Of a stretch of 64,000 bases of DNA, positions 11,187 to 20,341 are shown one piece after another (positions within the stretch are counted from its first letter, which is position 1; the number at the start of each line of letters is the position of its first letter). The stretch is from Prevotella sp. (lineage in GTDB: Bacteria; Bacteroidota; Bacteroidia; Bacteroidales; Bacteroidaceae). A program made the position numbers and the translations under genes. The notes beneath the pieces were generated by a model. It was not told the origin of the DNA, did not search any database, and saw only the letters and a program-made list of their open reading frames with translations. The stretch is from assembly GCA_051869435.1 (NCBI GenBank), contig JBJEAW010000103.1, positions 5,841 to 69,840 of the forward strand, given 5' to 3'.

Positions 11187-12251
11187 ATGAAAAAGATTTA
11201 CATGTTTATCGCCATCATGCTGCTCTCTGTCTGCACGGCAGCTATGGCACAGGAGAATGAGGCAGGCTCGAGGACAATATCATGGAGCGTGACGGCCAGC
11301 TACTACTCAGAGGTTCTCAAGAAAGACTTCCCCTGCACTCTGGTAGCCTATACCGACGGTACATATGCTATAAAGGGCGTGTATGGCTCAGAGGACGACA
11401 TAGAGTTCAAGATTGACAGTGAGCATATGGTGGAGTGTGAGAATGCGAGCAAAGAGAAATATTATGTCCCCGAGATAGCATTCACAAACTATTACAATGC
11501 TCAGGGCACATACTACTATTTCGGTGCCGGCGAATATACCGTATGCGCCTATTACGCACAAGGCACAGGCTATTCTGCATGGGAGGGCGACACCGCCGAG
11601 CCTTGCCTATGGTTCTACACATATCTCTATCAGGGAGACACCTATATCGGCGGCGGTTATGATAAAGTCTCATGGAACAAGAGCGATATAAAGAAACAGG
11701 AGGCATGGACCGTGACGGCCAGCTACTATTCAGGGGCTCTCAAGAAAGATTTCCCCTGCACCATTGTAGCCTATAACGATGGCACATACGCCATAAAGGG
11801 CGTATATGGCTCGGCAGACGATATCGAGTTTGTAATAGACAGAGAGCATATGGTGGAGTGTGAGAATGCGAGCAAGGAGAAGTATTATGTCCCCGAGATA
11901 GCATTCACAAACTATTATAAGGCCCAGGACACATACTACTACTTCTATGCTGGCGAATATACCGTATGCGCCTATTACGCCCAAGGCGCAGGCTATTCAG
12001 CATGGGAGGGCGACACCGCCGAGCCTTGCCTGTGGTTCTACACATATCTCTACAAGGGAGAGGAGTATATAGGAGGTGGATATGACAGCGTCTCTTGGAA
12101 CAAAAGCGATGTTTCTTCAATCTCCACTGCCATCACTGACAGAACGCTGTCTGGCCGCATGTTCAGCGTCACAGGCATCCCATACAGCAACGGCAAGAAG
12201 ATGCCCGCAGGCATATATATCAGGAACGGTAAGAAATTTATCGTGAGATAA
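11187..12251 (+). CDS. Secreted protein with a tandemly duplicated ~135-aa domain and a probable T9SS C-terminal signal
   Basis: Signal peptide ending AMA-Q; two repeats with 141-aa period; C-terminus MFSVTG...PAGIYIRNGKKFIVR resembles Prevotella T9SS CTDs. Confidence 0.85.
   Translation: MKKIYMFIAIMLLSVCTAAMAQENEAGSRTISWSVTASYYSEVLKKDFPCTLVAYTDGTYAIKGVYGSEDDIEFKIDSEHMVECENASKEKYYVPEIAFTNYYNAQGTYYYFGAGEYTVCAYYAQGTGYSAWEGDTAEPCLWFYTYLYQGDTYIGGGYDKVSWNKSDIKKQEAWTVTASYYSGALKKDFPCTIVAYNDGTYAIKGVYGSADDIEFVIDREHMVECENASKEKYYVPEIAFTNYYKAQDTYYYFYAGEYTVCAYYAQGAGYSAWEGDTAEPCLWFYTYLYKGEEYIGGGYDSVSWNKSDVSSISTAITDRTLSGRMFSVTGIPYSNGKKMPAGIYIRNGKKFIVR
11283..12110 (+). repeat. Intragenic direct repeat, 2 x ~405 bp, period 423 bp
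   Basis: 11283-11687 and 11706-12110 are near-identical; many differences are at synonymous third positions. Confidence 0.95.
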
Positions 12252-12327
12252 CAGTATGCCTTCCCTGCCTGATATGAGAGATATCCGGCACACATCAGCC
12301 AGCTGATATCATATTTATGACTATGCA

Positions 12328-12362
12328 AACAGTCCACAGCCTCATTGGGGCTGTGGACTGTT
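12328..12362. terminator. Hairpin/terminator at the end of the susC locus
   Basis: AACAGTCCACAGCC / GGCTGTGGACTGTT inverted repeat; U-tail is weak. Confidence 0.6.
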
Positions 12363-12460
12363 ATGGTATTGGAGGTTCACCTGCCTGTCCGGTAAACCTA
12401 TCATTACCAATCCTGAAATCTTACCTGACAGTAATACACAAAAAAAATCATACCCATCGT

Positions 12461-12491
12461 TTTGTATTTTCGTCTGCTTTTACTACCTTTG
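12461..12491 (+). promoter_or_regulatory. Bacteroidetes housekeeping promoter for the acyltransferase gene
   Basis: TTTG (12461) - 19 nt - TACCTTTG (12484). Confidence 0.75.
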
Positions 12492-12688
12492 CATTATGTT
12501 TGATGCACACCTACTTATGCAGGCAACAGACATCGAAGCATCTGTTTTCCTGTCATTACTCAAACGTTATTCCATGGGGGATATCAAGAAAAGAGAGCTG
12601 ATTGTCATTCTTGATTGAATGTTACGCTCTGCGAAATAGAAGGATAAACCAATGTGTTAATCGACATCACAAAATTTACAACATAAAG

Positions 12689-13757
12689 ATGCAGAGACTG
12701 AATTATATTGACAGACTAAAGGGATTCGCCATACTCACTGTCGTTGCCGGGCATGTATATCTGTTCGGTATGGATCACTCAGAGAGTATATGGCAGGATA
12801 TTATCGGCTCATTCCATATGCCGCTTTTTATGTACATATCTGGGTATCTGGCAGTTACCCCCCCCCTGTAAATCAGTGAGGGGATTGCACCGGAAGATGT
12901 TACGCCTTCTTTGCCCCTTGTTATTCTTTGGAATCCTGTTCTCTCTTGTAATCAGCTGGCCGTCATCTGTAGCAGGAATTGCAGAGAAGACATGGGCATT
13001 CCTCATGGCGCCGGCAAAGAACGGGTACTGGTATTTCATGGCGCTTGCTGTCTTTTATATGTCGCTTTACCTCTTCAGGCTTAATCCTCTTTCTTCATCC
13101 ATGCGGCATGTTCATGAGCAGGCTCTTTCCGCTGACACGCCGACACAGAATACTGCTGTGCGGCCCGGCCGTAGTGAGTTGGCAATCGATATTATTATTG
13201 CCGCTATAATATGGGGGCTATTCCTTATCGGTTGGAAATATACAGCGCAGACCAATGACCCTTTCTGTCTTCTTAACTGTGGTAATTTCTATCCCTTCTT
13301 CATTCTCGGAGTCTTCTCCCGCCGTTATGGCCTTGTCGGGTGGCTGATACGCCATAACTGGCTATATACATTGTCGCTCGTAGGCTGGCCCATGCTTTTC
13401 TTTGCTGATATTCCCCATGGTTTTGCAGACTCTATTGTGCGCCATATCCTCATGCCATTTTTTGCTGTTGCTGTGTTTGTCACTATCTTCTACACACGGG
13501 CGGAATCTTCAAGCCGGGTGGAGAATATCCTTGCGTACTTGGGTCGCCATACGCTTGATATTTATGCTATACACTATTTCATTCTGCTTATGATTCGTCT
13601 CTCAACAGTTGACCGCTGGTTTGAAGACAGCGGCAATATCTTCCTCTCCATCATATTCACTATGGCTCTCTCGCTGGTTGTGGCCTTGATGTCTGCGATT
13701 GTAGGGCAGGTACTACGCCTTAGCGATATATTCAGGAAATATATACTTGGTGGTTGA
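12689..13757 (+). pseudogene. Acyltransferase family 3 (OafA-like membrane O-acyltransferase), frameshifted at a C9 tract
   Basis: The N-terminal frame (RLNYIDRLKGFAILTVVAGH...FHMPLFMYISGY) stops at 12871. The rest (GYWYF, LGRHTLDIYAIH) is in the +1 frame. The junction is the C9 run at 12858-12866. Confidence 0.88.
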
Positions 13758-13897
13758 CCGTAACGCCCGCATGGGTGCTCCCCTCGGTTAATGGCTTAGT
13801 TATCGGGACCATTGGGTGGATTATTATCACGACACACTGCCTGTCAGTTAATCTTATAGAGAGTCTTCCCGAAGGCTTGGCAGCATACTAATAAAAT

Positions 13898-13944
13898 AGA
13901 AGTAGGAAACGGATTCCCGTCAAGGGTCTCCCTTTCCTACTTCT
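13898..13944. terminator. Probable bidirectional terminator between the convergent acyltransferase and nitroreductase genes
   Basis: AGAAGTAGGAAA...TTTCCTACTTCT stem with A/T-rich flanks. Confidence 0.6.
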
Positions 13945-14008
13945 TCTGTTATGACAGCTTGTGTCACGGTTTTCCGACCATTCTGACGGTCCGTGTCACA
14001 CCGACTTG

Positions 14009-14641
14009 TTACTTCTCTACGAAAACAATCTTCTCCTCCTTGCGTGGCTTAGCCTGTGGTGTCTCGTCAGGATATCCCATTGTGATGCAGTATATGAGGT
14101 CATACCCCTCAGAGAATCCCAGTCTCCTCATGTACGGCTCACACGCCTTGCTGTCTTTCATAAGACGCACGGGGAAAGCCATGCAGCATGTCCCGATGCC
14201 TTTGGCCCATGCGGCGAGGATGATGTTCTCGCCTAACAGGCCGCAGTCTATCTGTGAGATTCCGTACGTAGTGTCGTGGGCGATAAACACCACGCATGGG
14301 GCTCCGGCGAAGATTGACCCAGTACCTGTTCTCGTCTTCATGCGCTCGTTTCCCTCTGTCGCCGCGTCAGATATCTCCTTGAGCAGCGCGCTGTCGTCTA
14401 TGACACGTATCTCATATGCCTGCTTGTTCTGTCCGTTAGGGGCATTGATGCCACAGCGGAGAATCTCGCTGAGTGTCTCGCGGCTTATCCTCTCGCCGGT
14501 ATATTTGCGTATGCTGCGGCGTGACATGATGACTCTCTCCACTGCCTCGCTGTCTCCTTGGCGTGGAGTGGTGACGGTCTCTTGTGCCTGGCATGATGTG
14601 TATGCCATCAGTGCCAGCATGGTGTAGATGATTCTTCTCAT
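14009..14641 (-). CDS. Nitroreductase family protein with an N-terminal lipoprotein-like signal
   Basis: SRRSIRKY, APNGQNKQ, DCGLLGENIILAAWAKGIGTC, MGYPDE; ATG 14641 gives MRRIIYTMLALMAYTSC. Confidence 0.88.
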   Translation of the reverse strand: MRRIIYTMLALMAYTSCQAQETVTTPRQGDSEAVERVIMSRRSIRKYTGERISRETLSEILRCGINAPNGQNKQAYEIRVIDDSALLKEISDAATEGNERMKTRTGTGSIFAGAPCVVFIAHDTTYGISQIDCGLLGENIILAAWAKGIGTCCMAFPVRLMKDSKACEPYMRRLGFSEGYDLIYCITMGYPDETPQAKPRKEEKIVFVEK

Positions 14642-14810
14642 GTTTTTTTTGCTTGTTTTGTAGGTTATGTCTTGGGGCTGATGATTCTGCCTGACATGGT
14701 AGGGTCGGCACATCCTTGTCATCCAGATGGCTGTCCCCTCAAGCCGACGGCGGGCTATCGTATATACACTGCCGTGCTGCCCACGGCGGTGTATCACGCT
14801 TCGCTGTCCC

Positions 14811-15560
14811 TCACTCGAAATAGAACGACAGGCATATCATCTTTGTCCTCGCCTTATCTACCGAGCGTGCGTACGGCATCATGTTCTGGTCTTTCAGCTG
14901 TGAGGCGTGTTTCCCGTCGAGGCTGTTCGTGAGGCTGTACATGAACTTCAGTTCGGGGCGCAGCTTGAAGAAAGGGAGGTAGAAGTCACATCCTGCACCC
15001 ACCGACAGGTAAACGTCTGACGATTTTAGGCGCAGATAGTCGTTGTCGCGGCTGGTGAGGTTCAGCATAGGCGTTATGCCAGCCACTATATACGGCCTGT
15101 GGTTGTTGAAACGTTTCGCGCTGAAGATGATGTCTGCCACGCCAGCTATATATACTGATTTCAAGGTCTGGCGTGCCTCTGTCGGCTCTCCAGTCTCGGT
15201 GGGCTTCGTGTGGTTCAGGAATGTTATGTGGCGTGTCCCGAAATATAGTGTCGGCGAGAGGCGCAGGGCGAAATGTGCCGAGAGGCGCAGCTCTCCGAGC
15301 ACTCCGACCTGGAAGCCGGGGTCCCAGCGGTCCTGGTCGGCAGAGACGAACGACTCGTATTCCATGCCGTTCTCGTCAGTCAGCGTTATAGGGCCTATGT
15401 TGTTCAGCTCTATGTCCTGCATGTGGGCTCCCACGACCACTCCGAAATGGAATGGCCTGAGGTCGGTATATGGGCGGTTCTCTACAGTGCGTTCCTGGGC
15501 ATGGGTGGTGCTGGCGAGCAGGACAGCGAGAGAGATGATGAATATGCGTACGGTTGTCAT
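14811..15560 (-). CDS. porT: PorT/SprT-family outer membrane beta-barrel (T9SS component)
   Basis: NRPYTDLRPFHFG, KRFNNHRPY, GCDFYLPFFKLRPELKF, C-terminal FYFE. Confidence 0.88.
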   Translation of the reverse strand: MTTVRIFIISLAVLLASTTHAQERTVENRPYTDLRPFHFGVVVGAHMQDIELNNIGPITLTDENGMEYESFVSADQDRWDPGFQVGVLGELRLSAHFALRLSPTLYFGTRHITFLNHTKPTETGEPTEARQTLKSVYIAGVADIIFSAKRFNNHRPYIVAGITPMLNLTSRDNDYLRLKSSDVYLSVGAGCDFYLPFFKLRPELKFMYSLTNSLDGKHASQLKDQNMMPYARSVDKARTKMICLSFYFE

Positions 15561-16050
15561 GCTTCTTTCAGTTTGAGGGGGGGGATGCTCTGTATATCTT
15601 TAAGTATGGGGCGGCATATCCCTCTTTTTGTTATAACGTCTGTACAGGCTTTTTATTGTGTCAGGTCATCACGTTTTTTCTCTCATACCTCCCTGTCATC
15701 CTTGTCCTTGTATGGGGGCAGCGGCTCATGGCCGTCCCCCTCCCCTTGGTCCATTACAGACAGCAGAAGACCCGCTTCGTTTCTCAACGGAGCGGGCCTT
15801 CCTCGTCCAAGAGCATGATATATTGTTACCATCGTCATGGCTATGATTTATCACGAGAAAATATGCTGTGATAAAGCTATGCTCTTGCCGTATTAGAATC
15901 AATTATTATTATGAAATCAATGCAAAGATAATGTAAAAAATCCGTATAAAGAAACTTTTCGTACTATTTGTTGTTTTCTTATAGATTACAGAACAAACGT
16001 TCTTACATATAGAACATTCTATGTTTTGTATAGCACTTCTGTCAGTTTAT

Positions 16051-18006
16051 TTATTGGCTTGCATCCTTGGTGACCTCCTCTCTCACCTCGTCAATGCCCT
16101 CGACAGCGTATAGCGAGCGTGTCGCTGACATCAGCTCGCTGAGCGAATGGACGTAGAAGACAACAGAGAGCTCTACTATCTCGTCGCGTGTCACGGTTGT
16201 CAGTGAGTGTATGGAGAGGCCAAGGTCGTTTGTGATGCAGCTAACGACATCGATAAGGAAATGGTAGCGGTCTATGCCGCGTATCATGATGCGTGCGGGA
16301 TATACGGTCTGGGGGTCGCTGTCAAAGTGGAGGTCGATGATGTTGTCTCCCTGTTTCGAGGCGAGACGTATAGCCTCGGCACAGTTGCGGCGGTGGAGTG
16401 TTATGGAGCCGTCGCTCTCGCGGTATCCCACGGCCTCGCCTCCCGGCAGGGGCAGGCAGAGGGGGCAACGGTTGTACGTCTGGTGGTTCTGCTGGGATGA
16501 CAGGTAGCTTCTCAGTGACCGTCTGGCCTTATATGTCTGCACACAGTCTATCCATTCGGGGTGTGGACGGAAGTTCTCGTCGGTGCCTATCTCCACACAG
16601 TCGCCACGTGTCAACACTGTCCTCACGGAGGCGAGGCGACCGTTGATGCGGGCATACTTGGCGTGCATCCCGATGTCATTATGCAGCTCGAAGGCGAAAT
16701 CAAGGGCTGTGGAGCCTTTCGGGAGGATGATGCTCTCTCCGCGCGGCGTGAAGACGAGGACATCGTCATAGTAGAGTGATGTCTTTATGCTCTCTATGAA
16801 TCCCTGTCCCTGTGTCTCGCGGGCTATCTCCTTCAGCACACTGCGGAATTTCTCTATCCACGCTGTCACGTTCTCCAATGACAGGCCGCTGCCCACATCG
16901 CGTGTCTCGGCACGGCTTGCTATCTCGGCCATGCACCCGAACTGTGATGCGTCAACCATGCGCTTTGAGCATATCTGGACATCTTCCCATACGCCGTGCT
17001 CAGAGAGGAGCATGACGTTTATCGACTTGTATGAGTTTTCCTTCGCCTGGTCGATAAGGTTCTGGAATGTCCCTGACTTCTCCTTGTAAAGGTCGGTAAG
17101 GAGCGAGTATATCTTGAGGCATACGTTCTTCTCTGTCATCTGCCTGTCGGCACAGTCAGTGAAGGTCACACGGACATAGTACCTGTTGTCGAGATGCCAG
17201 AAATCTTTCTGCCTCGCCTTCATCCGCCGCCATATGCTGTACGGCGCTCTCCAATAGACGCGTGCTGTCGCTGTGATGCCGTTCGCTGACAGTGTCCGCT
17301 CTACATTGTCTGTAAACTGCCTGAGCCTCTCCTTGTTGTCGGCACGGTCTTTCTCTAACATGCTGCATATCTCGGCATACTGGCCTGAGCATCTGTAGTG
17401 GAAGGAGAGATTCTCAAGGTCGGTCTTCACGTCGAAGAGCCCGAGCCTGTTGGCGAGTGGGGCGTAGAAATAGTCAGTCTCTCCGGCTATCTTCATCTGC
17501 TTGTCGGGGCGCATGCTTGAGAGTGTGCGCATGTTGTGGAGACGGTCGGCAATCTTCACCATGAGGGCGCGGATGTCAAACTGCATGGACTCGAGAAGCT
17601 GCTGGAAATTGTCCACCTGCTTCGACATCCGGTATCGCTCTTTCTTGCGTTTCGTCACGACATTGACAAGGAACGCCACATCCTCGCCGAAACGGTCACG
17701 TATATCGTCTATCGTATAGTCTGTGTCCTCCACGACATCGTGCAGGAACGCTGCCGTGACTGAATTGGTGTCGAGCTTCAGCTCCTCGGCCGCGATGAGG
17801 GCGACAGAGATGGGGTGGAGGATATATGGCTCGCCTGATTTGCGGCGCTGCATCTTGTGTGCCTCATGCGCAAACTCATAGGCGTCGTGAAGCTGCTGAA
17901 GCTGGCGGGGCGACACACGCGGCGTCATAGAGCGGAACACTTTGTCGGCGGCTGAGGCTACAATGCTGTCATAATCTTTCGGCTGGGGATGGGGATTCTT
18001 GTCCAT
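16051..18006 (-). CDS. Long RelA/SpoT homolog (HD-SYNTH-TGS-ZFD-ACT) with a degenerate synthetase domain
   Basis: RKSGEPYILHP, LHDVVED, KIADRLHNMRT, APLANRLG, TGS VFTPRG..ALDFAF; synthetase catalytic motifs substituted. Confidence 0.92.
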   Translation of the reverse strand: MDKNPHPQPKDYDSIVASAADKVFRSMTPRVSPRQLQQLHDAYEFAHEAHKMQRRKSGEPYILHPISVALIAAEELKLDTNSVTAAFLHDVVEDTDYTIDDIRDRFGEDVAFLVNVVTKRKKERYRMSKQVDNFQQLLESMQFDIRALMVKIADRLHNMRTLSSMRPDKQMKIAGETDYFYAPLANRLGLFDVKTDLENLSFHYRCSGQYAEICSMLEKDRADNKERLRQFTDNVERTLSANGITATARVYWRAPYSIWRRMKARQKDFWHLDNRYYVRVTFTDCADRQMTEKNVCLKIYSLLTDLYKEKSGTFQNLIDQAKENSYKSINVMLLSEHGVWEDVQICSKRMVDASQFGCMAEIASRAETRDVGSGLSLENVTAWIEKFRSVLKEIARETQGQGFIESIKTSLYYDDVLVFTPRGESIILPKGSTALDFAFELHNDIGMHAKYARINGRLASVRTVLTRGDCVEIGTDENFRPHPEWIDCVQTYKARRSLRSYLSSQQNHQTYNRCPLCLPLPGGEAVGYRESDGSITLHRRNCAEAIRLASKQGDNIIDLHFDSDPQTVYPARIMIRGIDRYHFLIDVVSCITNDLGLSIHSLTTVTRDEIVELSVVFYVHSLSELMSATRSLYAVEGIDEVREEVTKDASQ

Positions 18007-18194
18007 AAGGCTTGGTGGGGAATTAGGTGGGAGTTGTCAGGTAAGGGGATGAGCGCGCGGGGAGAGTGTGGTTATAGGAGGACGTGACGTGGCGCGGCGG
18101 GCTATTGTATTGCCGGCGGGCTCGCCGCTGATACGGCTGGTGGGGGAAGGTGCCGCTCCGTCACGAGTGGGGTGGATAGGAGGCGGTGGGGCAT

Positions 18195-18240
18195 AAAAGC
18201 AAAATTGGTGGGAACGTATGTCATATACGAACCCACCAAT
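18195..18240 (-). terminator. Terminator after tRNA-Ser
   Basis: Minus strand ATTGGTGGG..CGTATA-TGA-CATACG..CCCACCAAT followed by TTTGCTTTT. Confidence 0.7.
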
Positions 18241-18258
18241 ATGCTGTTGTCTGATGTG

Positions 18259-18346
18259 CGGAGAGTGAGGGATTCAAACCCCCGATACCCGCAATGGGTA
18301 TACCGGATTTCGAGTCCAGCGCATTCGGTCACTCTGCCAACTCTCC
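18259..18346 (-). tRNA. tRNA-Ser(CGA)
   Basis: Acceptor GGAGAGT/ACTCTCC, anticodon arm CTGGA-CTCGAAA-TCCGG, long variable arm ATACCC/GGGTAT, discriminator G; CCA not encoded. Confidence 0.95.
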
Positions 18347-18439
18347 TTGTCTCTTGTTGTGGCTATATTGATTTCGACTATATATTAAAAATATAATTGT
18401 AATATGACCACGGCATACCTTGTTGTTATTATGCAAATG

Positions 18440-18471
18440 CAAAGTTACTCTTTTTATTTCAAATCTCCAAA
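18440..18471 (-). promoter_or_regulatory. Promoter of tRNA-Ser
   Basis: Minus strand TTTG - 20 nt - TAACTTTG. Confidence 0.75.
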
Positions 18472-18494
18472 CATTTTTTTGGATTTCTTTTATA

Positions 18495-18603
18495 GGCGGG
18501 TTCTATTTGTTAGCTTTAGGGGGTGGTTATTTAAATTAGCCTTAGATAATATCGGCTGCATTTAACTTCGTTGACCGTAGGGAAGTTATTCTCAGAACCC
18601 AAC
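18495..18603. mobile_element. Short, internally deleted remnant of MITE-like family A
   Basis: GGCGGGTTCTA...CAGAACCCAAC flanked by ATA/ATA. Contains GGGTGGTTATTTAAATTAGC, similar to the end of the 55028-55204 copy. Confidence 0.45.
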
Positions 18604-18723
18604 ATATATGAGAACATTGCCGGCTGGCAGAACTCTTGGGGTACAGCCTCATGACTTTTGCCGGACATCCCAACACCTATTATGGCAAGATGACGAGAGC
18701 GTCTGCCGGACAGCGTCCGTATG

Positions 18724-18760
18724 AAAACAGGGACAATGGGGGTGAGGCCATTGTCCCTGT
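18724..18760 (-). terminator. Terminator downstream of dacB
   Basis: 13-bp stem ACAGGGACAATGG/CCATTGTCCCTGT with a short T run on the minus strand. Confidence 0.65.
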
Positions 18761-18894
18761 CTGGGTATTTGTGGTGCGTGGGGGAGAGATGTCCTCACGC
18801 TATATTCGTATCATGCCCATCGTCTGAGGCGTAGGCTCTTGAGGGATTTACAGACGGGTGGCGACAGGTCCCTTTGCATCTCAGAGCCGCTATG

Positions 18895-20286
18895 CTACTC
18901 ATACAGACAGAGTAGTCTGCACACCTTGTCCTGGAATCTCTTGGCGTTAGAGGCATGCATGACGCCTTGGTTGATGATAGAGAAGCAGATGGTATTGCCG
19001 TTCTTCGCTGTCAGATATCCCGCGAGCGACGACACGCCCATCAGTGTCCCGGTCTTCGCGTGCACATTGCCGAGTGTGGGGGCGGAGCGCATACGTCGCT
19101 TCAGCGTGCCATCCTTGCCGGCTATGGGGAGCGAGGGGTATAGGTGGCCGTAGATGTCAGGGGTCTTAAAGGCATACCTAAGCAGGAGTGTCTGTAGCTC
19201 AGCCGTTTGATAGTTGTATAGCGAGAGACCTGAGCCATCGGCTATGTTATAGCGCGAGGGGTCGAGGCCGACACGGCGTATGAGGCGCTTCATGGCGTTG
19301 ACGGCATGTGTGGCGCGTGCGGCCGACGATGTCTCTGCCGCCGCTATCTGGTAGAACATCGACTCAGCGTAGAGATTGTCTGACTCTTTCATCATGCGTA
19401 TGAGTATCTGGTCGATAGAGTGGTGGCGGGTGCAGATGGTCTTTGATGTCTCCTGACGTGGCACATAGCGTGTCTCCCCGAGCGTGTCCTTGGGTATCTC
19501 TGACACAGGCAGAACTGTCACGCCCTCATCGGCCAGAGCACTCCTCAGTTTCTCTATGAAAGTGTCCTTCCTGTTCCATGGGAGGGGTGTCAGCACGGGA
19601 TTGTCATCGTCCCAACACCATCCTTTGCCAAGAAGGTCGGCCGTCTTGAACGATCTGTCTGCCTTTACCATTCCGTATATCGTGTCTATGCGCTCTCTTT
19701 GTACAGCCTCGGCGAATGCTTTCATGTCGTCTGTCCCGAAGCGTGGGTCCATTCCTCCTACGGCTATTATGTCGCCTATGAGTATGTGTCGTGGCTCCTT
19801 GTCGTCTGTCCCGCCGCATGACGGAGTGTCATAGAGCGCGCCATGGTATCTGAGGGATGTTGAGTAGCGGTATGAGTCGCCGAAGCGGTCAAGGGCTGTT
19901 ATGGCTGTCAGCAGCTTCATTGTCGATGCGGGGCGCAGTGTCTGCCGCTCGTTGTATGCGTATATGACGGTGTCTGCCGTGAGGTCATAGGCCATCAGCC
20001 CTACCTGCGAAGTCTGGAACATGTCTGTCGCGAGGAGGGCAGCGATGCGCTCCTGGACGGTCAGCGACGGGATGGTGTCCCCCACGATGGTGTCTGTGTC
20101 GAGAGTGTCGGCGGCGGCTTCAATAGTGTCGGCTGCCAGCCCACCCTGCTGTATGCCAACAGCAACGCTGTCGGCAGACAGCCCGTGACAGACGGGAGTG
20201 CCGGACGGTGAGTGGCTGCCACCATCGTATGCATAGGCGAAGGCGAACAGGGAGAGGAGGATATATACATATAATGTGCGTAACAT
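18895..20286 (-). CDS. dacB: D-alanyl-D-alanine carboxypeptidase/endopeptidase (PBP4, peptidase S13)
   Basis: PASTMK (SxxK), ESDNLYAE (SxN), DGSGLS, AKTGTL (KTG). Confidence 0.93.
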   Translation of the reverse strand: MLRTLYVYILLSLFAFAYAYDGGSHSPSGTPVCHGLSADSVAVGIQQGGLAADTIEAAADTLDTDTIVGDTIPSLTVQERIAALLATDMFQTSQVGLMAYDLTADTVIYAYNERQTLRPASTMKLLTAITALDRFGDSYRYSTSLRYHGALYDTPSCGGTDDKEPRHILIGDIIAVGGMDPRFGTDDMKAFAEAVQRERIDTIYGMVKADRSFKTADLLGKGWCWDDDNPVLTPLPWNRKDTFIEKLRSALADEGVTVLPVSEIPKDTLGETRYVPRQETSKTICTRHHSIDQILIRMMKESDNLYAESMFYQIAAAETSSAARATHAVNAMKRLIRRVGLDPSRYNIADGSGLSLYNYQTAELQTLLLRYAFKTPDIYGHLYPSLPIAGKDGTLKRRMRSAPTLGNVHAKTGTLMGVSSLAGYLTAKNGNTICFSIINQGVMHASNAKRFQDKVCRLLCLYE

Positions 20287-20341
20287 GTCAAGCTAAAGGG
20301 GGGTGTAGAGATATTCTTTGGACAGACGAGGATAAGGAGCG

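Noticed and set aside
11283-12110. Near-identical repeat pair as a DGR template/variable repeat
   Set aside because: Differences are not adenine-specific and many are synonymous, both copies are in frame within one gene, and no reverse transcriptase is present in the window.
12363-12688. Invertible promoter upstream of the acyltransferase gene
   Set aside because: No inverted repeat pair flanking the promoter was found, and there is no recombinase nearby.
15577-15584. G8 tract just upstream of the porT start as a phase switch
   Set aside because: It is non-coding, outside the promoter spacer and short, with no evident effect.
15981-16040. Degenerate TATAGAACATTCT-like repeats after the RSH gene
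   Set aside because: Two or three weak copies in AT-rich DNA are compatible with chance.
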